Part shown: in pieces, positions 16,898 through 21,719 of the stretch
Layout of the letters: each line of letters begins with the position of its first letter
Position numbering within the stretch: the stretch's first letter is position 1
Source: Fidelibacterota bacterium
GTDB lineage: Bacteria > Fidelibacterota > Marinisomatia > Marinisomatales > TCS56
Length of the DNA stretch: 21,719 bases
Assembly: GCA_043822705.1 (NCBI GenBank)
Contig: JBDRBK010000081.1
Coordinates: 1 to 21,719 of the forward strand
Direction: 5' to 3'
Notes under the pieces: model-generated
What the model was told of the DNA's origin: nothing
Seen by the model: only the letters and a program-made list of their open reading frames with translations
Database searches by the model: none
Translations under genes and position numbers: made by a program

Positions 16898-19135
16898 ATG
16901 CGTGGAAAAATAATTACAATCCTGTCGATTAGCTGCTTACTGCTGGCGGAAGTGGTGAGTGCCATTCCCATCGGACGGGTGATTAAATCCGATGGTACGG
17001 TGCGATTGAAAAAAATGCGGAACACTGAGTTCACCGTCGATGTGAAACCGGGTGTATCGATCGATAACGGTGACATAATCCGGGTCGAAGCCGCCAGCTT
17101 TGCCGTGGTGATTTTTCTTGACGACAAATCAGTGATCAAAATGAAGGAAAACACCCAGTTCCAGTTCGTGGACACGGAGAACACGCGCACGGTCGATCTG
17201 GAGATCGGGACCATCATCAACGATATCAAGAAGGAGAACCGCACCAAGACTTTCCGGGTCGAGACACCCACTTCCGTGGCGTCGGTCAAGGGCACGATTT
17301 TCTCCGCCCTGGTGGATGCCAGCGGTATCGATCAATTTTACGGGCAGGAGGGACTGTTCGAAGTTTTTAACCTGGTCAGCGGTCAGACCGTGGCAGTCGG
17401 ACCGGGTAAAAAAGTGCTTTCCAGTTCCACCGGTAATGTTATTTCGGCCCCCGCGGCACCATCGGAATTCCCCATCGACCCCGATCCTTCCACGACGCCG
17501 GAACAATTGGAGCAACTGATCGAGCAGTACACGCCATCCCCGACCGGTGAAGTGCCGGCGGAACAGGTACCGGTACAGCAGCCGGCGACAGTGCCGGAAG
17601 CGGAACCGACGACCCAGCCGACGGAACCGGGAAGCGCCGCCCCCGAGCGGCCGGTACAGCCGCCATCGGCCGGCAAACCATTCGGACTCGGTCTCGGCAT
17701 CGGCTCGGTCACGATCGACGGTCAGGTTTATAATCAACTGTCCCTGCGGCCGGAGTTGAGCTTCGGCAAACTGGGGATCGGCTTCGACCTGGTGGTGTAC
17801 CTGGACAACGAAGGGAATATCCGCCAGGACGAGTGGGACGATCCAGCCGATATCGTCGATAAATTTTTGTATGTACGCTGGGCCCGTAAAGGCGATCCCT
17901 TCTGGATTCGCCTGGGATCACTGGACAATGTCACACTGGGCTACGGAGGTCTGCTGGATGGCTATTCCAATATGATGGAATTTCCGACCGTGCGGCAGAT
18001 CGGCGTTAACGGAGGTGTTCAATTCGGTTCTTTTGGCACCGAGGTATTCTTGTCCAATGTCAAAGATTTCACCCGTGGCGGTACACTACTGGGACTGCGG
18101 GGATCATTTACCGTAAGCCGCGCTTTCCCGTTGACGGTCGGTGCTAATCTGGTGGTCGATATCAACCAGTTCTCTGGCTTCACCGACCGCGACGATGACA
18201 GTTATCCTGATCAATTCGATGATTTTCCAGATGATCCGATCCTTTGGAACGATACCGACGGTGATGGTGTGCCCGATCCGCATCCCGGTATCGATACGCT
18301 GCTTTGGGATGTCGACTCGGACCAGGATAATACTGTCGATCCCTGGGCGGGTGGCGACGACCCTGAGGTAAATTTGAAGGGCACACCGTTCAGTATTCTG
18401 AATAACCAGGCTCAGGCGATCGGTTACAGTGTCGACATTGGTTACCCGATCCTGCGAGGCAAGGCGGCTAAACTGATGGTATTTGCCGAATGGAATCACC
18501 TGACCTTCCCGAAGGCGGGCGAGGCCGGGACGGCGTTTTACCGGCCTGAGGACCGCAATGGTGACGGTATCACGATCCCCGGTTTGCGAGCCAGCCTGTT
18601 CAACCTGCTGAACCTGAGTGTCGAATACCGGATAAAAAGCGGTTATTTCGTTCCGCGGTTCTTCGATCAATCCTATGACATTACGCGGGTGGTACCGGTA
18701 TATGACTCCTTGTCCACCACCATTCGTACCAAGGACATGGCCGTGTTTGCCGTTGAAAACTCCGACGCCGCCTTGAATGGCGTTTACGGATCGGCCGGAT
18801 TGGATCTGTTCGAGATCCTGAATCTGAACGCCGCCTATACCAGCATGACCAGGGACACCCTGAAATTCAACAGTTTCTATGCCGGAATGGATATTAATCC
18901 AAATCTGATCCCCAAACTCAGCGAAGCGCGGGTTTATTATCAGCGTAACAACGATCCCGATCCGTTTGATTTTGCCAATCCATCGGTGAATACGATTATG
19001 GGGTACCGGGTCGGCTATGCCATTGCTGCGGGAGTCAGTTTGGTGTGGGATTTCCGTCAATTCTACCGCGATGACGGTTCCGGGAATCTGTCCCCGATTA
19101 AACAGACCACCATTGAAACAGCTTTTAAACTGTGA
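16898..19135 (+). CDS. Exported protein: FecR domain, Pro-rich linker, probable outer-membrane beta-barrel with Asp-rich Ca-binding repeats
   Basis: 745 aa with GGAGG RBS and signal peptide. FecR-type GDIIRV…FLDDKSVIKM…FRVETPTSVASVKGTIF, a P/E/T/Q-rich linker, amphipathic beta-strands, DRDDDSYPD/DTDGDGVPD/DSDQDNTVD repeats, and a C-terminal ETAFKL. Confidence 0.8.
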   Translation: MRGKIITILSISCLLLAEVVSAIPIGRVIKSDGTVRLKKMRNTEFTVDVKPGVSIDNGDIIRVEAASFAVVIFLDDKSVIKMKENTQFQFVDTENTRTVDLEIGTIINDIKKENRTKTFRVETPTSVASVKGTIFSALVDASGIDQFYGQEGLFEVFNLVSGQTVAVGPGKKVLSSSTGNVISAPAAPSEFPIDPDPSTTPEQLEQLIEQYTPSPTGEVPAEQVPVQQPATVPEAEPTTQPTEPGSAAPERPVQPPSAGKPFGLGLGIGSVTIDGQVYNQLSLRPELSFGKLGIGFDLVVYLDNEGNIRQDEWDDPADIVDKFLYVRWARKGDPFWIRLGSLDNVTLGYGGLLDGYSNMMEFPTVRQIGVNGGVQFGSFGTEVFLSNVKDFTRGGTLLGLRGSFTVSRAFPLTVGANLVVDINQFSGFTDRDDDSYPDQFDDFPDDPILWNDTDGDGVPDPHPGIDTLLWDVDSDQDNTVDPWAGGDDPEVNLKGTPFSILNNQAQAIGYSVDIGYPILRGKAAKLMVFAEWNHLTFPKAGEAGTAFYRPEDRNGDGITIPGLRASLFNLLNLSVEYRIKSGYFVPRFFDQSYDITRVVPVYDSLSTTIRTKDMAVFAVENSDAALNGVYGSAGLDLFEILNLNAAYTSMTRDTLKFNSFYAGMDINPNLIPKLSEARVYYQRNNDPDPFDFANPSVNTIMGYRVGYAIAAGVSLVWDFRQFYRDDGSGNLSPIKQTTIETAFKL

Positions 19136-19220
19136 TAAACTTCGGGGTCTGAAATCAGTCCGGCAGGATAAAAATGTCCGCCGGCGGCATAAGCAACGAT
19201 AATATGAGGAGTCTGTTCGG

Positions 19221-19442
19221 ATGCGGATCGGAATTGAATACTGCAGTGTCTGAAACTATCTGCCCAGGGCGGCCGGTCTGGCCACCGAACTTTTGAACAA
19301 ATACGGCAGTACTATCGAATCGCTGACTTTAGTCCCCAGCGGTGGCGGTGTTTTTGAAGTGACCAAGAATGATCAAATAATTTTCTCCAAGCGGCAGACT
19401 GGTCGGTTTCCGGAATTAAATGAGATATTTGAGGCGTTATAG
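19221..19442 (+). CDS. SelT/SelW/SelH (Rdx) family selenoprotein, 73 aa, Sec at codon 11
   Basis: RBS GAGGAG at 19206-19211, ATG at 19221, in-frame TGA at 19251-19253, TAG at 19440-19442. Translation: MRIGIEYCSV-U-NYLPRAAGLATELLNKYGSTIESLTLVPSGGGVFEVTKNDQIIFSKRQTGRFPELNEIFEAL, with Rdx motifs YCxxU, GGxFEV, FSK and RFP. Confidence 0.93.
19268..19286 (+). promoter_or_regulatory. Bacterial SECIS-like hairpin
   Basis: GG-C-GGCC-[GGUCU]-GGCC-A-CC. The loop begins with G, 21 nt after the UGA, and shares GGUCU with the E. coli fdhF SECIS loop. Confidence 0.7.
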
Positions 19443-20196
19443 AAAATATCCGGTTTTTATATTGACTGTGATCGGACTGCTGGCAGCCCAATCACCGGAA
19501 ATAATACCGCTCAGCAGCAAGGTGGGCACGACAATCGATGCCGAGGAAAACCTGCTCTATGCCATTTTTCCTGAAATCCAGGGTTTCGAAAGCGCTCAGT
19601 TTTTCCAGGTAAAAGAGGATTTGTATCAAGCCCGGATAATATTCCATAAAGATGGACAGGTTATCACCAACAAGAAATTTTATACCTGGAAGGAATATAT
19701 CGATTTGAAGCACCAGATCGACCGGATGGCTCCGATTACCGACCAAGACCGGCAGAATCTGTACCAGGACCTGACCTATCTGCGAACCAGAGAGATATTG
19801 GATGACATTCCAACCGGGCAATTCGTGAAGGTGAAACATGTCGGCGGAATGACGGTCCGCGGAATTCTGGTGCCGCATGGTAACGATCTTTTCAGGATTC
19901 AGACACCGGTTCAGATCGTGGCTTTTCCCTATCATGAAGTTGGTGCAATTTCATATCGGTCGGTCATTGTGGAACAGCATCATCGGCGAAAATGGTTATA
20001 TGTTGTCGGGGCCGGCCTGGGTCTGGGACTCAGCGAAGTCTGGAATTCACAGACTGCCCAACCGTCGTCGCAAGCCTGGCATAACCGCTTTCTGGGGTCC
20101 ATGCTGGGATTAATGTTGGGCCAGGAATTGTATGAGGCGGCCAATATTCTGTTATCGCCCAGAACGGCCGTAGCGATTGCGACGCACAATCGATGA
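19420..20196 (+). CDS. Hypothetical exported/membrane protein
   Basis: 258 aa. Basic then hydrophobic N-terminus, and two Gly-rich hydrophobic segments near the C-terminus (VVGAGLGLGL, FLGSMLGLMLG). Overlaps the selenoprotein 3' end by 23 nt. Confidence 0.75.
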   Translation: MRYLRRYRKYPVFILTVIGLLAAQSPEIIPLSSKVGTTIDAEENLLYAIFPEIQGFESAQFFQVKEDLYQARIIFHKDGQVITNKKFYTWKEYIDLKHQIDRMAPITDQDRQNLYQDLTYLRTREILDDIPTGQFVKVKHVGGMTVRGILVPHGNDLFRIQTPVQIVAFPYHEVGAISYRSVIVEQHHRRKWLYVVGAGLGLGLSEVWNSQTAQPSSQAWHNRFLGSMLGLMLGQELYEAANILLSPRTAVAIATHNR

Positions 20197-20226
20197 CATG
20201 TCAATTTTTAATCAAGAGGAGGTAAC

Positions 20227-20595
20227 ATGCCAGTAGTGAAGACAGCCAAGAAACCGGTCGAAGAACCAAAGAAGGCCGAGCCGAATTACATCAGTGAAAA
20301 GCTGGGGGGGATTCTGAACAGCATCGGTGAAAAATATGGAGAATCATTACAGACGGAATTGATGAACCGTCTGGAGCGCACTATCTCCGAGTTCAATGAT
20401 GAAGTTAACGAACTAATCGGGGAGTTACGGAATCGATCGATCGAGCGTCGTCAGCAATTACACGAACTCTGGGAGCGACGGCATTCCGAGGCCGAGGAAG
20501 TTGAGGCGGAAGAGGCTGAGCCGACAACGGAACCGGTACGGGAAATGAGTGAATGGGAGCGGCGGCTGGAATTGCTGGAACAGAAAAAAAGCTGA
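20227..20595 (+). CDS. Hypothetical charged, probably coiled-coil protein
   Basis: 122 aa with a strong GAGGAGG RBS. E/R/K/L-rich helical heptads. Confidence 0.8.
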   Translation: MPVVKTAKKPVEEPKKAEPNYISEKLGGILNSIGEKYGESLQTELMNRLERTISEFNDEVNELIGELRNRSIERRQQLHELWERRHSEAEEVEAEEAEPTTEPVREMSEWERRLELLEQKKS

Positions 20596-20657
20596 TTTTT
20601 AGCGACACCGGGCCCGGACCCGCTAAACGATTTGACCCACGATAATTTCGGACAACA

Positions 20658-21041
20658 GTGAAAATAGTGCGCAAATCCATTGTTAACGTGGTGATTATAT
20701 TGTTTATGACAATAACGACAGGTTTGGCGCAGGATATTCATAAATATAGAGATTATAAAGAAGTTACCAAGCGAGTATACAGCTTTACAAAAGTCGAATT
20801 CATTACCGCTGCCGGTGAATTCAACGAAGCCATCGGTACGCTGGTCATTCCCGATTTGACAGCCGATAATCCACCCTACGTGGCGATCTACTATAAGCGC
20901 AATAACTCAGAATGGTTTACCGAATCTTTATATCGGAAGCGGGTGCGGTTCAGTTTCAAAGACGGGGTGATCAAACTGGATCGGGCCAATTTCTGGGACT
21001 GGATCGAACTTGATGAAATCAAGATAGTCGTGATTTACTGA
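20658..21041 (+). CDS. Hypothetical secreted protein
   Basis: 127 aa with GTG start. Signal-peptide-like MKIVRKSIVNVVIILFMTITTGLA-QD followed by a beta-rich mature region. Confidence 0.7.
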   Translation: MKIVRKSIVNVVIILFMTITTGLAQDIHKYRDYKEVTKRVYSFTKVEFITAAGEFNEAIGTLVIPDLTADNPPYVAIYYKRNNSEWFTESLYRKRVRFSFKDGVIKLDRANFWDWIELDEIKIVVIY

Positions 21042-21287
21042 TCGCAATCTTGCATAGCGATCGTTCAAATACTAAATTATCATTGCGTTTTTACTAAGGA
21101 TCGATCGGCGCAATCACCAAGTCAGCCAGATTGTTGGTAAATCGATTCAGGCCGGGCAGCACAAGCAAAACAACTGACCCGTGCCGCGTAGTAATGAATC
21201 GATAACGTCGATTGATGTGATTTAACAGAGACAGGGACAGAGAGACGGGGGCAGATTACATTCAAGCGATGAGAGGAACAGTAGGCA

Positions 21288-21719
21288 ATGCCGGATAATC
21301 TGTATCGTATTGATACTCCTAACACCCATGGCTGGCAGTTTCGAAAATTCTACAACGGTCAGCAGTTGAGTAAACTGTTTAGCGACAAGAAATTCGGTGG
21401 CAAGGAGCAATCGTTTCAGGCGGCCCGAGACTATCGGGATGAAATCCTGGCCGGCCTGCGGCGCTACCGCTTTCGAAAAACTCCCCAAAGTAATAACAGC
21501 ACTGGGTACAGCGGTGTTTCCGTTACCCACGAATTGCGCAAGGGAACGAAGGTGCGGGTGTACCAGGTCCACTGGGTTGATCAGGTGGGTAAAAGGCACA
21601 ATAAAAGATTTTTCGTGCATAAATACCACACGGACCGGTTGGCATTGCAGGCGGCGGTTGATTTCCGGACCGAGAAAATTAATGATGCCATGGTAGATGC
21701 CCTGCGCGGTTCCAAATTT
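21288..21719 (+). CDS. Tandem AP2-domain DNA-binding protein (3' end beyond the window)
   Basis: RBS GAGAGGA at 21271-21277 and ATG at 21288, then 144 open codons to the edge: MPDNLYRIDTPNTHGWQFRKFYNGQQLSKLFSDKKFGGKEQSFQAARDYRDEIL…NNSTGYSGVS…VYQVHWVDQVGKRHNKRFFVHKYHTDRLALQAAVDFRTEK. This gives two W…KxFSxxKxG…AxxAxxxR-like units. Confidence 0.82.
   Translation, partial: MPDNLYRIDTPNTHGWQFRKFYNGQQLSKLFSDKKFGGKEQSFQAARDYRDEILAGLRRYRFRKTPQSNNSTGYSGVSVTHELRKGTKVRVYQVHWVDQVGKRHNKRFFVHKYHTDRLALQAAVDFRTEKINDAMVDALRGSKF

Noticed and set aside
20598..20627. Inverted repeat TTTAGCG…CGCTAAA after the coiled-coil gene as an intrinsic terminator
   Set aside because: It has a large internal loop and no U-tract on the sense strand, so it is too weak to call.
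21222..21696. ORF-track calls 21222..21629 (-) and 21397..21696 (+)
   Set aside because: Both overlap the RBS-led AP2-domain frame from 21288, which has clear protein motifs; they have none.
1..21719. CRISPR array, tRNA/rRNA (including tRNA-Sec), transposase or phage genes
   Set aside because: No regularly spaced direct repeats, cloverleaf signatures or mobile-element ORFs were seen by eye.

Overview
Gene-dense bacterial chromosomal window with about 23 CDS. I found no rRNA, tRNA, CRISPR array or transposase. The gene content (dockerin-tailed subtilase, FecR-barrel protein, DUF3228, TAnnTTTG-type promoter boxes) suggests an FCB-group organism such as Marinimicrobia; this is inference only. 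Left arm (minus strand): a frameshifted secreted beta-carbonic anhydrase, a YgiQ radical SAM protein, two small hypothetical genes, and an AT-richer patch with N5-(carboxyethyl)ornithine synthase and a DUF3795 gene, bounded by a MITE-like inverted-repeat element. Middle: uvrC, an S8 protease, a minimal cystathionine beta-synthase, fabG, hsp20 with a sigma54-like promoter, a DegT-family aminotransferase, marC, dinB and DUF3228. Right arm: a FecR/outer-membrane-barrel fusion and three hypothetical genes. It also holds two genes missing from the supplied ORF track: a SelW/Rdx-family selenoprotein (19221-19442; CxxU with in-frame TGA and a SECIS-like hairpin) and a tandem AP2-domain protein running off the right edge (21288 to end). 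All family assignments come from motif recognition by eye; no database searches were run.
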